From IMG/VR virus record IMGVR_UViG_2693429557_000011: DNA of 29,524 nt; one strand, given 5' to 3'. The position numbers were made by a program, and so were the translations under genes. The stretch comes from a virus (taxonomy: Duplodnaviria > Heunggongvirae > Uroviricota > Caudoviricetes). The number at the start of each line of letters is the position of its first letter. Position 1 is the stretch's first letter. Under the pieces are notes generated by a model. That model ran no database searches. It saw nothing but the letters and a program-made list of their open reading frames with translations, and was not told the DNA's origin. Below are positions 16,407 to 25,848 of the stretch, piece by piece.

Positions 16407-16560
16407 TGCTCCCCCTGAGTAATTACAGGAAGATTACCCGCGCGCGAAACCGTTCTCCTTAACCCCCTGTTCTGGCCGTTTTCTTACAACAAAAGCCCTT
16501 TGTATCAGCCTGTTACGCTTTGCCATCATGACTGAAGAACCAGTCAGAGGGGCAAAAACT
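16407..16560. promoter_or_regulatory. Divergent late-promoter region (PP leftward, PO rightward), inferred
   Basis: This 154-bp divergent intergenic region between P and O is where Ogr-dependent late promoters lie in P2. It contains the partial dyad tgttctggccgttttcttacaaca. Exact elements are not resolved. Confidence 0.4.
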
Positions 16561-17397
16561 ATGGCTAATGAAAAAAAGACATCCCGCAAAAAGTTTCGCG
16601 TGGCTGTCTCCGGATCAACTGTTGATGGCCGTGAAATCAGTCCGGTGCATCTGCGTGAAGCCGCCGAGAACTTCAACCCGGATGTTTACGCTGCCCGCGT
16701 GAACGTTGAGCACTATCTCTCGCCATGCCCGTCAAGCGAATTTTCCGCAATGGGCGATGTCACCGCACTGAGTACGGAAGACATTACGGAAGGTCCGCTG
16801 GCCGGACGTACTGCGCTGTATGCAGAAATCGAACCGACCGAGCGCATGAAGCAGCTTGTCGCGGACGGCAAGAAAATCTATTCCAGTATCGAACTGCACC
16901 CGCAGTTCTCCGTTAACGGGCGCGCCTATCTGGTCGGGCTGGCGATGACCGACACCCCGGCAAGCCTGGGCACTGAGCGCCTGAAATTCACGGCACAGCA
17001 ACGTCAGGCGGTGATGACGTTCAACAGTATCCAGGGTGAAGCACCGCTTATCTCCGAAGCCATCGAGTCTGAAATCATCGAAATGGCAGAACAACGCCAG
17101 GAAGAAGGCACCCAGTGGTTTAACCGCGTAATGGGGATTATTGGTCGTGGCCGCAAAGCGGATGACGCCAGTTTCTCCCGTATTCAGGAAGCGGTGGAAA
17201 GCGTCGCAACGTCACAGGCCGACATTATCGACCGTTTTAATGCGCTGGAAACACGCCATCAGCAGGACAGCCAGAAAATCACTTTACTGACCACGGAGCT
17301 GACAGCACTGAAGGAAAAACTGCGCACGCAGGACGGCGATCCGCAGAACCGGTTCACCGCAACGGGCGCAGCCTCCGACCAGCTGGCTGACTTCTGA
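16561..17397 (+). CDS. O: Capsid scaffolding protein (P2 O-like, about 278 aa from MANEKK)
   Basis: The N-terminus aligns with P2 O as recalled (MAKKVSKFFRIGVEGDTCDGRVIS vs MANEKKTSRKKFRVAVSGSTVDGREIS), and YLVGLAMTDTPASLGTE is conserved. The six-frame ORF starts earlier, at 16528. Confidence 0.85.
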   Translation: MANEKKTSRKKFRVAVSGSTVDGREISPVHLREAAENFNPDVYAARVNVEHYLSPCPSSEFSAMGDVTALSTEDITEGPLAGRTALYAEIEPTERMKQLVADGKKIYSSIELHPQFSVNGRAYLVGLAMTDTPASLGTERLKFTAQQRQAVMTFNSIQGEAPLISEAIESEIIEMAEQRQEEGTQWFNRVMGIIGRGRKADDASFSRIQEAVESVATSQADIIDRFNALETRHQQDSQKITLLTTELTALKEKLRTQDGDPQNRFTATGAASDQLADF

Positions 17398-17420
17398 TAA
17401 GACAAAGGAGCAAATTTTTT

Positions 17421-18473
17421 ATGAATCTGGTGATGTCAGATATTACCCGCAACAAGCTGGGTTGCTATATGGCGCAGCAGGCGTCGCTTAACAATATCCC
17501 GGTTTCTGCACTGGTATCGCGATTTACCGTGGAACCTGCGGTGCAGCAACGTTTTGAAAACGCCTCAAAGGATAGCACCGAACTTACAAAAAAAATTAAC
17601 GTGATCGGCGTGACCGACCAGAAAGGCGAAAAAATCCTCCTGGACACCACAGGACCGATTGCACGCACAAATACCAGTTATGACGGAACAAAACGCCGTA
17701 ACCCGAATAACGTGGTTGATCTGAAAAACCGCAAATACCAGTGCGAACAGGTGAACTACGACACGTTTATTTCGTATCCGCAGCTTGATGCCTGGTCGGC
17801 ACACAGCGATTTTCAGTCCCGCATCAGCGCACAGATTGCCCGACAGGTGGCACTTGACCGCATCATGATCGGTTTCAACGGCACATCTCACGCGGATGAG
17901 TCCAACTTCAGCACCAACAAGCTGCTTCAGGACGTTAACGTGGGGTGGCTGGAGCACATCAGAACCAATGCCAGCGAGCGCGTAATGAATGACGTGACGC
18001 TGACTTCCCGCAACATGGACAACACCGTGGCGCACGCGGGTAAATACGCGAACCCTGATGCACTGGTACAGGACGCGCGCTCATCTCTGCTGGATGAATG
18101 GCACAAGGAAGCTGACGACCTCGTGGTGATTATGGGGCGCAACCTGTTTAACTCGCTGCGTCTGCCAGTGCTGAACAGCATCAGCGGCCAGAATCCCAAT
18201 GCGGAATTACTTGCCGGGCAGCTCATCCTGTCATCGCGCACCATTGGCGGGCTGGGTGTGTTCCTTGCACCGTTCTTCCCGGATGCAACGATGCTGATCA
18301 CCTCATTCAACAACCTGTCGATTTACTGGCAGAAAGGTTCAATGCGTCGTCTGATGAAAGACGAACCGGAATACAACCGCATCGCCACCTACCAGTCCAT
18401 CAATGACGCTTATGTCGTTGAAGACTATGGCAAGTGCGCGATGGTCACTGGCCTGAAGTTCGCCGACAGCTAA
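17421..18473 (+). CDS. N: Major capsid protein (P2 N-like, 350 aa)
   Basis: It is similar throughout to P2 N as recalled (KFTVEPSV, YECDQINFD, FNGVKRAE, VGWLQ, YVVEDYA versus the corresponding segments here). A strong AAGGAG RBS is present. Confidence 0.9.
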   Translation: MNLVMSDITRNKLGCYMAQQASLNNIPVSALVSRFTVEPAVQQRFENASKDSTELTKKINVIGVTDQKGEKILLDTTGPIARTNTSYDGTKRRNPNNVVDLKNRKYQCEQVNYDTFISYPQLDAWSAHSDFQSRISAQIARQVALDRIMIGFNGTSHADESNFSTNKLLQDVNVGWLEHIRTNASERVMNDVTLTSRNMDNTVAHAGKYANPDALVQDARSSLLDEWHKEADDLVVIMGRNLFNSLRLPVLNSISGQNPNAELLAGQLILSSRTIGGLGVFLAPFFPDATMLITSFNNLSIYWQKGSMRRLMKDEPEYNRIATYQSINDAYVVEDYGKCAMVTGLKFADS

Positions 18474-18482
18474 TCAACTCAC

Positions 18483-18501
18483 GGCGGGCATCATGCCCGC
18501 C
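18483..18501 (+). promoter_or_regulatory. Perfect GC-rich hairpin between N and M
   Basis: The sequence ggcgggcat-c-atgcccgcc forms a hairpin immediately after the N stop codon. No T-run follows, so it may modulate N:M expression or transcript stability. Confidence 0.4.
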
Positions 18502-18518
18502 TGTAACGGAGAGAAAAA

Positions 18519-19319
18519 ATGATTACTCCTGCACAGCAACACTGGCAGAACGTGATGGCACAGCGCGCAGGCCGGGCGAATGAAGGTGTGGACCACGCCG
18601 CGCGTACCGCGCATGAAGAGGTGCTGTATCGTCTGCGTCTGGCACAGGCCCGGCTTAAGGGCGTACAGGCCAGAAGCGCGAAAGCCGACATCAAAAAAGC
18701 GTTGTTGCCGGACTTTTCCGGCTGGATTGAGGGAACGCTGGAGGCTGACGGCGGGCAACAGGACGAAGTGATTGCCACGCTGATGGTGTGGGCGATTGAC
18801 TGCGGCGATCTTCCGCTTGCGCTGCGTATTGGTGCGTATGCGGTCCGTCACAACCTCATCATGCCGGATAACTTTGGCCGTACTGCTGCCACAGTGCTGA
18901 CCGAAGAAATCTGCAATCCGGTACTGACGCAGGCCGGGACGGATGCCGACGCGGATTTGTCCGTCTTTATCGAACCACTGGACACACTTTGGGAAATTGT
19001 CGCCAACCAGGATATGCCGGACGAAGTGCGCGCCAAATTATGCAAGGCGTGCGCCTTTGCCCGCCGTGGCCTGAGCGATGCGGACAGCATGGCCTCATCA
19101 CTGAAGCTGCTGCGCGAAGCGATGCATCTGAACCAGAACGCAGGTGTGAAACGCGAGATTGCAACCCTTTCCCGCGCCCTGAAAAAAGCCGATTCCGCAG
19201 CCGCACCAGAAGACGCCAGCGCACAGCAGGCGCAGGACGAAAGCAGCGAAAGTAAAAAGACAACGCGGAAGCCTGCAACACGAAAAACCACCGCGACGCA
19301 GAAGGCGAAGCGCGGTTAA
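18519..19319 (+). CDS. M: Terminase small / endonuclease subunit (P2 M-like, 266 aa)
   Basis: The position after N and the size fit. The C-terminus is basic (KKTTRKPATRKTTATQKAKRG). Confidence 0.8.
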   Translation: MITPAQQHWQNVMAQRAGRANEGVDHAARTAHEEVLYRLRLAQARLKGVQARSAKADIKKALLPDFSGWIEGTLEADGGQQDEVIATLMVWAIDCGDLPLALRIGAYAVRHNLIMPDNFGRTAATVLTEEICNPVLTQAGTDADADLSVFIEPLDTLWEIVANQDMPDEVRAKLCKACAFARRGLSDADSMASSLKLLREAMHLNQNAGVKREIATLSRALKKADSAAAPEDASAQQAQDESSESKKTTRKPATRKTTATQKAKRG

Positions 19320-19335
19320 CGACTGACCCCGTCAG

Positions 19336-19407
19336 CGGGCGGCGTGCGCGGTGTTCCGGTTTGGCTCCGTGACCGTTTACACCGCGCACCCACCGCCCGA
19401 TTTTTTC
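19336..19407 (+). terminator. Long imperfect hairpin followed by a T-run after M (candidate rho-independent terminator or attenuator)
   Basis: The arm cgggcggcgtgcgcggtg pairs with caccgcgcacccaccgcccg and is followed by attttttc. It lies between the M stop and the L start. Confidence 0.5.
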
Positions 19408-19420
19408 AGGAGTGAACCCC

Positions 19421-19915
19421 ATGAGTATGGTTGCCAGAACTGAACCCGGACCCGCAGAGGACGACATCACCGACACCGAAGATGGCGATACCCGTATTTC
19501 AGCGAGTGCATTCTGGCCGGATATTGTGCTGCGCGAGCTGCGTCTGGCGGTACGACTGCCGGGCCGCGTGACCACCTCCCGCCTGCTGCATACCGCCACC
19601 GGGGCCGTGGCACACGTTACCCGCGAGCTGGAAGCATGGCAGCAGGAACAGCAGGCGGCTGGCCATCAGACGCTGGCCGATGTTCCGGCACCTGTAATTA
19701 ACGGAGAAAGCGTCAATCTCTGGCACTGGCGCAATGCTGTTTATACCGCCACACGCGCCCTGATTCTGGAGCGTTACCGCGATGCGGACACAACGGACAA
19801 GGGCGACCGCCGGGCGGACGCACTGGATATACAGACATCGGATTTGTGGCGCGATGTGAGCTGGGCCATCTCTGACATTCTGTGCCGCCCGCGAATCTTT
19901 GCGGAGTTGTGCTGA
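19421..19915 (+). CDS. L: Head completion / capsid-stabilising protein (P2 L-like, 164 aa from ATG 19421)
   Basis: The protein aligns with P2 L as recalled (RLADVPADDIDGESI, ERYRGVDAS.KGDKKADSID, ELWRDMRWAV). A CAGGAG RBS sits 9 nt upstream of the ATG; the track ORF uses the GTG at 19412. Confidence 0.8.
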   Translation: MSMVARTEPGPAEDDITDTEDGDTRISASAFWPDIVLRELRLAVRLPGRVTTSRLLHTATGAVAHVTRELEAWQQEQQAAGHQTLADVPAPVINGESVNLWHWRNAVYTATRALILERYRDADTTDKGDRRADALDIQTSDLWRDVSWAISDILCRPRIFAELC

Positions 19916-20112
19916 TGAAAGTGAAGACACTGGAAGGCGACACCGTGGATTCGCTCTGTTTCCGGTACTACGGCACGACGCAGGGCGTCACCGAAAAGGT
20001 GCTGGATGCCAACCCCGGACTCTGCCGACAGGTATTTCTGGAAGCCGGACAGGAGGTGGAAATGCCGGAGCCGGAGAAGAAAAAACAACGAGAGATGATA
20101 CAGCTATGGTAA
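19915..20112 (+). CDS. X: Tail protein X-like (65 aa)
   Basis: An ATGA start/stop overlap with L, the size and the position match P2 X (67 aa). Confidence 0.7.
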   Translation: MKVKTLEGDTVDSLCFRYYGTTQGVTEKVLDANPGLCRQVFLEAGQEVEMPEPEKKKQREMIQLW

Positions 20113-20408
20113 CAGGTTTTTTTCAGCGGGTGAGTGACTGGATCACCTTCTGGGCATCAGTCACAGCCACCACAATAGGCGTGATGACCATCAGTGAAAA
20201 AATCGCCCTTGCCGGGTTGTTACTCGGTTCTCTGTCTGCATTACATGCCTGGCGACATCGCCGCCTGATGGAAACCGCCATGCAGCGTCGCAATGAACTC
20301 ATCGCCAGTATCCTGGCGCAGTCAGACGCACGGCCACTTCACGACAGTGAGCGTCAGGCTCTGAACATTCTGCGGGATAACGATACACATGATAAAGCTG
20401 CCCGTTAA
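20106..20408 (+). CDS. Putative holin (100 aa, two hydrophobic segments)
   Basis: It sits directly upstream of the endolysin. It has two predicted TM helices (WITFWASVTATTIGVMTI and IALAGLLLGSLSALHAW) and a charged C-terminus. It is not similar to P2 Y as I recall it. Confidence 0.5.
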   Translation: MVTGFFQRVSDWITFWASVTATTIGVMTISEKIALAGLLLGSLSALHAWRHRRLMETAMQRRNELIASILAQSDARPLHDSERQALNILRDNDTHDKAAR

Positions 20409-20937
20409 ACGTTACGCCGTAGCCGCCATTGTGGCGCTGGGGTTCTCCATTGCCCCTCACAAACTCCGGACCAGCCCGGAAGCGCAAATCCGCATTGCCA
20501 CATGGGAGGACTGTCGCGCAACGCCTTACCGGGATATTGCCGGGGTAATGACCGTGGGGTGCGGCTCGACCGGGCATGTGGAAAATCGTCTGTACACCGA
20601 AACGGAAGTCGCCGGGCGCTGGGTTAATGATATGCAACATGCAGAAAACTGCATAAATCAGAACTTCAGCGGCAACGCCATGCCACAGTCCGCGTTTGAG
20701 GCAATGACAGATGCCGCCTTTAATCTTGGATGCAGAAATCTTATGTGGTTCAGGGATAAGAACCGTAACTACCACCGCACCACTATCTGGAAACATGCAC
20801 AGGCGCACAACTGGCCTGACATGTGCAACAGACTGACTGACTTCGTGAACAGCGGCGGCGAACGCTCACAGGGACTGGTTAACCGTCGTACTGATTTTCG
20901 TGCATGGTGCTTACGTGACACCGGAGGCCAGTCATGA
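20389..20937 (+). CDS. SAR-endolysin, T4-lysozyme-like muramidase with N-terminal signal-anchor-release domain (182 aa)
   Basis: An N-terminal weakly hydrophobic Gly/Ala-rich segment (YAVAAIVALGFSIAP) is followed by an E-x8-D/C-x5-T catalytic arrangement (ATWEDCRATPYRDIAGVMTVGCGSTGH), as in phage P21 R-type SAR lysozymes. It differs from the P2 K lysozyme as recalled. Confidence 0.75.
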   Translation: MIKLPVKRYAVAAIVALGFSIAPHKLRTSPEAQIRIATWEDCRATPYRDIAGVMTVGCGSTGHVENRLYTETEVAGRWVNDMQHAENCINQNFSGNAMPQSAFEAMTDAAFNLGCRNLMWFRDKNRNYHRTTIWKHAQAHNWPDMCNRLTDFVNSGGERSQGLVNRRTDFRAWCLRDTGGQS

Positions 20938-21407
20938 AAGTGCGTTACATCCTGATGATGGCACTGACCGTCCTCACGCTGCTGACCATAACACTCTGGC
21001 AGACATTCAGACTGGGGCAGGAAGACGGACACAACCGTTATACACAGGCGCAACTGGACGATTACAGCCGGACCCTGAAAGAGGCCGGCACCATCATCAG
21101 CACCGCATCCGGTGTACTGCGTGACGTCATGACAGCGCGCCAGAACCGACAACAGGAAGGGGAAATCCGACGTGAACAGCTACGCAACGATATCACGACA
21201 GATGCATGTGCCCGCGCTGTTCCTGACGCTCGCTTTACTGAGCGGTTGCACCAGCACGCAGAACGCGTCCGCGCCGCCGCCGTCGTTCCGTTTCATCCCG
21301 GAAGGGCTGACCGCCCCCGTACTTCCCCCGCCGTTTCCGGTGACGCCATCATGGGGAAACATCGGGATATGGAGCGACAGCCTCATGGACGCACTGGAAA
21401 CCTGTAA
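20934..21407 (+). CDS. lysB: i-spanin (Rz / P2 LysB-like, 157 aa)
   Basis: It has an N-terminal TM helix and a coiled-coil periplasmic part. The C-terminal region resembles P2 LysB as recalled (AVPDARFTERLHQ vs LPDAVRRLHQ). An o-spanin ORF is nested in the +1 frame. Confidence 0.6.
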   Translation: MKVRYILMMALTVLTLLTITLWQTFRLGQEDGHNRYTQAQLDDYSRTLKEAGTIISTASGVLRDVMTARQNRQQEGEIRREQLRNDITTDACARAVPDARFTERLHQHAERVRAAAVVPFHPGRADRPRTSPAVSGDAIMGKHRDMERQPHGRTGNL

Positions 21408-21492
21408 CGCCGATAAGCGGGCCATTGAATTACTGGAACAGCGCAGGCTGCAACGACTGAACAACGAGGACAACAACCATGCTGAAAACTGA
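21202..21492 (+). CDS. lysC: o-spanin lipoprotein (Rz1 / LysC-like, about 96 aa), nested and overlapping lysB
   Basis: MHVPALFLTLALLSGCTS has a lipobox, and the protein is Pro-rich (PPPSFRFIPEGLTAPVLPPPFP). The ORF begins inside lysB in another frame and extends past it, which is the classic spanin architecture. Confidence 0.6.
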   Translation: MHVPALFLTLALLSGCTSTQNASAPPPSFRFIPEGLTAPVLPPPFPVTPSWGNIGIWSDSLMDALETCNADKRAIELLEQRRLQRLNNEDNNHAEN

Positions 21493-21946
21493 TTCCCTGC
21501 GTGAAGCCATGACCCGTTCATGCCGGTGGTGTCATGCCAACCCGGAAAAATTCACCATTTTCGTGGAGAGCGGCAACATTGAAACGACCGGAGAAACCCC
21601 ATCGTTTGTTTACCGCTATCAGATAGTGATGTTTGTCATGGATTACGCCGGAGAGCTGGACGACCTCACGCTGCCGCTGCTGGCGTGGTTATCCGAAAAT
21701 CAGCCACAGTTGTTGCTCAATCCGGAGCGTAATCAGGACATCAAATTTTCCGCCGTTATCAATGACGATGACAGCGCCGATCTCCTGTTTACGCTCCCCC
21801 TGCGGGAACGCGTTCGCATCACGCGCAGCAGTCAGGGCACACCGCAGGCAGAACACCTGCCGGAGCCAAAACCCCGCCTGCCCTCTTCCGAAGGCGACTG
21901 GTCGCATGTATTCCAGGATGTGACGTGGGGGGAAAGCGATGGATAA
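21479..21946 (+). CDS. R: Tail completion protein R-like (155 aa)
   Basis: It matches the size of P2 R (155 aa) and is similar as recalled (MLKPDSLRRALT vs MLKTDSLREAMT; LAWLRENQPD vs LAWLSENQPQ). Confidence 0.8.
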   Translation: MLKTDSLREAMTRSCRWCHANPEKFTIFVESGNIETTGETPSFVYRYQIVMFVMDYAGELDDLTLPLLAWLSENQPQLLLNPERNQDIKFSAVINDDDSADLLFTLPLRERVRITRSSQGTPQAEHLPEPKPRLPSSEGDWSHVFQDVTWGESDG

Positions 21947-22574
21947 GGCATTCACCCGCGTGGATGAAACCTTTGAGGCTATCCGCGACAGCCTGAATCA
22001 GCAGGCCATTAATAACATCGCCAGAAAGCTGGCACAGGATTTACGCCGCGCCCAGCAGGCGCGTATCCGGTCACAGAAAGCGCCGGACGGGACCGCATGG
22101 ACACCACGCAGACGCCGCGTAACCCGGATACAGGAGCGCATTCGCTTTATCTGGAATAACGAAGCACGCACGCTGAAAAACTGGCATCACGACACGGGGA
22201 AATACGGGCGAACCATCACCGGGTGGGATGAGGATAAAAACAATATCCGCACGTTTTACCGGGATGACATCGACCGTTTTCTGGAAATACGCACCCGGCG
22301 CATCAACCAGGACAGCACCAGGCGCGTCTCCATGTTCGTAAAACTGCGCACCGCCCGCTACCTGAAAGCCCGTGCAGATGCTTCCGGTGTGACGGTGGGT
22401 TACAGCGGCGTGGCCGCACGTATTGCACGCGTTCATCAGTTCGGTGAGCGCGATCAGGTTGCGCCGGGCATTTTCACCGATTACCCGGTACGTGAGCTGC
22501 TGGGTATCAGCCAGGCAGATGAGCGCCTGATTTATAACACGGTGCTGGGCCGGATTGCGGAGGCTGTACGATGA
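21939..22574 (+). CDS. S: Tail completion / virion morphogenesis protein S-like (211 aa)
   Basis: The position between R and V fits, and it overlaps both neighbours. It is longer than P2 S (150 aa). Confidence 0.65.
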   Translation: MDKAFTRVDETFEAIRDSLNQQAINNIARKLAQDLRRAQQARIRSQKAPDGTAWTPRRRRVTRIQERIRFIWNNEARTLKNWHHDTGKYGRTITGWDEDKNNIRTFYRDDIDRFLEIRTRRINQDSTRRVSMFVKLRTARYLKARADASGVTVGYSGVAARIARVHQFGERDQVAPGIFTDYPVRELLGISQADERLIYNTVLGRIAEAVR

Positions 22575-23152
22575 GCGCAGAACTCATGCGACTGCTGAGC
22601 AATATCATCCGCACCGGGATCATCTCTGAAGTTGATGAGGAATCCTGGTGCGTGCGCGTTCGCAGCGGCGAACTGGAAACAGGCTGGCTGCGCTGGAACA
22701 CCACGCGCGCGGGAGACTTCAACGTGTGGTTTCCGCCATCACCAGGCGAACAGGTGGCAATTGCCTGCATCGGCGGCAACCCGGAAACCGCCATGATAAT
22801 CGGCAGCCTGTGGAGTGATGCCATTCCGGCACCCGGCAAAAGCCTGAAAGAAATCGTGGTCAGCGCGCCGGACGGCGCGGTGTTCCGCTACGACGCGGAC
22901 GCAGGCGCACTGAGCGCAAGCGGCATGAAAACGGCCACTTTGCAGGCATCCATCAGCGTGACACTGAACACGCCTGTCGTGGAATGCACAGACCTTCTGA
23001 GAACAGCGACGCTTGACGTCACAAAAGGGGGAACGATGAGCGGCAATATCACGCACAGCGGCGGCGATTTCACCTCAAACGGCATCACAGTGCATACGCA
23101 TAAGCACGGTGGCGTTAAAGGTGGCAGCGATTCGACAGGAGGCCCGCAGTGA
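22571..23152 (+). CDS. V: Baseplate spike / assembly protein V-like (193 aa)
   Basis: This is the gene V position. The fold signature (WLRWNTTRAGDFNVWFPPSPGEQV) resembles the gp5/V spike OB-fold region. Confidence 0.75.
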   Translation: MSAELMRLLSNIIRTGIISEVDEESWCVRVRSGELETGWLRWNTTRAGDFNVWFPPSPGEQVAIACIGGNPETAMIIGSLWSDAIPAPGKSLKEIVVSAPDGAVFRYDADAGALSASGMKTATLQASISVTLNTPVVECTDLLRTATLDVTKGGTMSGNITHSGGDFTSNGITVHTHKHGGVKGGSDSTGGPQ

Positions 23153-23499
23153 CAACCCGCTACACAGGAATGAACCCGGACGGGACGGGAAACCTGAACG
23201 ATATGGCGCACCTGAAACAGTCAGTCAGGGACATCCTGACCACCCCGCTGGCAAGCCGGGTTATGCGACGGGAATATGGCAGCCTTGTGCCTGATTTGAT
23301 TGACGAACCCATGAATAACACCACGCGTCTGCAATGCATGAGTGCTACCGTGATTGCACTGACACGATGGGAACCACGCATTGCCCTGAACGCCATCGAC
23401 GTTGTCTGGAAGGCAGGAGGCCACGCCGGGGTGACGCTGTCGGGCACTGTCATGCAGACCATGCAGAATGTTGAATTAACCATCACGCTGAGGGAGTAA
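23149..23499 (+). CDS. W: Baseplate wedge protein W-like (gp25 family, 116 aa)
   Basis: The size matches P2 W (115 aa), it lies between V and J, and it overlaps V by 4 nt. Confidence 0.8.
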   Translation: MTTRYTGMNPDGTGNLNDMAHLKQSVRDILTTPLASRVMRREYGSLVPDLIDEPMNNTTRLQCMSATVIALTRWEPRIALNAIDVVWKAGGHAGVTLSGTVMQTMQNVELTITLRE

Positions 23500-23502
23500 A
23501 TC

Positions 23503-24399
23503 ATGCCTGCCGTTGACCTTTCCCAGTTACCGGAACCCGCCATCATCGCGGAGCCTGACTTTGAGGCAATTCTGGCTGACACAAAGGCCATGATGATTGC
23601 AGCTTATCCCGCCGAACAGCGTGAAGTCGTCTCCGCCGCACTGGAACTGGAATCGGAACCCCTGAACGTTATCGCTCAAACCATGTCGTTTCGTGAAATG
23701 CTGTTACGCCAGCGGGTCAATGAGGCCGCACGCGCCTGCATGTTGAGCCACAGCGCCGGAACAGACCTGGACAACCTCGCGGGCAATATGAACACAAAGC
23801 GCCTGGTTATCACTCCGGCAACGGATACCACCGACGTGGTGATGGAGAACGACACCTCGCTGAGACTGCGGGCGCAGCGGGCGTATGACGGCCTGAGTGT
23901 TGCAGGCCCGTCAGGCGCATACGAGTATTTTGCCCGCAGCGCCAGCGGTCTGGTGCGCGATGCGCGGGCCATCAGTCCGTCTCCGGCAAATGTGACGGTT
24001 TCCATCCTGTCCACTGAGGGCGACGGCACAGCAACGGAGGCGTTGCTTAATACCGTTCGCGCCGTTCTGAATGCAGAGGATACCCGCCCGGTGGCCGACC
24101 GCCTGACCGTACAGAGTGCCAGAATCGTGACATGGCGGCTGAATGCAAAACTGTACTTTTACCCCGGTCCGGAATCCGAACCTATTCTGGCTGCGGCTGA
24201 ATCGTCGTTCAGGAAGTGGCTGGCTGAGCAGGGGCTTATCGGTCAGGACGTGGCGTTGTCCGCCATTGCTGCCGCACTGCATGTGCACGGTGTGCAACGC
24301 GTGGAGATAATCGAACCCACACAGAATATGGCCATCAGCGACATACAGGCGGCGCGCTGTGAGTCATTCACCATCAGCGAAGGTGGGCGTAATGAGTAA
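23503..24399 (+). CDS. J: Baseplate protein J-like (298 aa)
   Basis: The size matches P2 J (302 aa) and the gene order W-J-I-H is preserved. Confidence 0.8.
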   Translation: MPAVDLSQLPEPAIIAEPDFEAILADTKAMMIAAYPAEQREVVSAALELESEPLNVIAQTMSFREMLLRQRVNEAARACMLSHSAGTDLDNLAGNMNTKRLVITPATDTTDVVMENDTSLRLRAQRAYDGLSVAGPSGAYEYFARSASGLVRDARAISPSPANVTVSILSTEGDGTATEALLNTVRAVLNAEDTRPVADRLTVQSARIVTWRLNAKLYFYPGPESEPILAAAESSFRKWLAEQGLIGQDVALSAIAAALHVHGVQRVEIIEPTQNMAISDIQAARCESFTISEGGRNE

Positions 24400-24922
24400 T
24401 TCACTGTTACCACCATCAGCCAGCAATTTCATGCGTTGTGCCGAAGCCGTCGGAACACGCATTACAGACATTCCGGCAGACCTCAACACGCTGTGGTCGC
24501 CGGACACCTGCCCGGTGCATCTGCTGCCTTATCTCGCCTGGGCGTTTTCCGTTGACCGCTGGGATCGCAACTGGCCGGAAGAGACAAAGCGACAGGTGAT
24601 TCGTGATGCATGGCTGATACACCGACACAAAGGAACCATCAGCGCCCTGCGACGGGCCATTGAGCCGCTGGGATACCTCATTCGCGTGTCTGAGTGGTGG
24701 GAGTTCAACGGCGAACCCGGAACATTCAAGATTGATGTTGGCACGCTGGACAGTGGCGTGACGGAGGAAATGTATCTGGAAATGGAGCGGTTGATTGCTG
24801 ATGCCCGCCCGGTCAGCCGCCACATGACAGGGCTGAATATCATTCAGGAGATTCAGGGAGATATTTTCGCGGCAGCAGCAACTTACGACGGTGAAGTCAT
24901 TACCATTTATCCGGACGATTAA
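24392..24922 (+). CDS. I: Baseplate protein I-like (176 aa, start MSNSLLPP)
   Basis: The size matches P2 I (176 aa). Its start overlaps the J stop. Confidence 0.75.
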   Translation: MSNSLLPPSASNFMRCAEAVGTRITDIPADLNTLWSPDTCPVHLLPYLAWAFSVDRWDRNWPEETKRQVIRDAWLIHRHKGTISALRRAIEPLGYLIRVSEWWEFNGEPGTFKIDVGTLDSGVTEEMYLEMERLIADARPVSRHMTGLNIIQEIQGDIFAAAATYDGEVITIYPDD

Positions 24923-24924
24923 GC

Positions 24925-25848
24925 ATGAGTACCACAACACGAAAATTTAAAACCATTATCACCGATACGGGTGCAAAAAAATTAGCGCAGGCAACCGCGC
25001 CAGATGGGAAACCTGTCCGCCTGACACATATGGCCGTGGGTGACGGCGGCGGTACTTTACCCACGCCAGACAGTAAGCAGACCCGTCTTGTGCATGAGGT
25101 GTGGCGACATACCGTTAATCGCGTCACCCTGGACGCAACACATCAGAACCACATTATTGCGGAGCTGGTTATTCCTCCTGAAACGGGCGGATTCTGGATC
25201 CGGGAAATTGGTGTGTTTGATGAGCACGGCGATTTGATCGCGGTAGGCAATACTGCCGAAAGTTACAAGCCAACCGTTGCCGAAGGATCCGGACGTGCAC
25301 AAACATTTCGCACCATTCTGACCGTATCCAGCACTGCCACTGTGGCGCTTACCGTGGATAACACCATGGTGATGGCCACAGTGAATTACGTGGATGACAA
25401 ACTGAAAGAGCATGAACAGTCACGACGTCACCCGGACGCCTCGCTGACCGCAAAAGGCCTTGTCCAGCTCAGCAACGCCACCAACAGCACGTCTGAAACG
25501 CTGGCAGCGACACCAAAAGCCGTTAAGGCAGTAATGGATGAAACGAACAAGAAAGCCCCATTAAACAGCCCGGCACTGACCGGAACGCCAACAACACCAA
25601 CTGCGCGACAGGGAACGAATAATACCCAAATCGCAAGCACGGCTTTCGTTATGGCTGCGATTGCCGCCCTTGTAGATTCGTCACCTGATGCACTGAACAC
25701 GCTGAACGAGCTGGCTGCGGCGCTGGGCAACGACCCGAATTTTGCGACCACCATGACTAACGCGCTTGCGGGTAAGCAACCGAAAGATGCCACTCTGACG
25801 GCGCTGGCGGGGCTTGCTACTGCGGCAGACAGGTTTCCGTATTTTACN
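24925..25848 (+). CDS. H: Tail fibre protein H-like, N-terminal ~308 codons only (truncated at the 'nn' at 25849)
   Basis: It follows baseplate I as in P2. The conserved tail-fibre segment GLVQLSNATNSTSETLAATPKAVKAVMDETNKKAPLNSPALTGTPTTPTA...NELAAALG is shared with lambda Stf, which is known P2 H / lambda Stf homology. The reading frame is lost after the nn. Confidence 0.8.
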
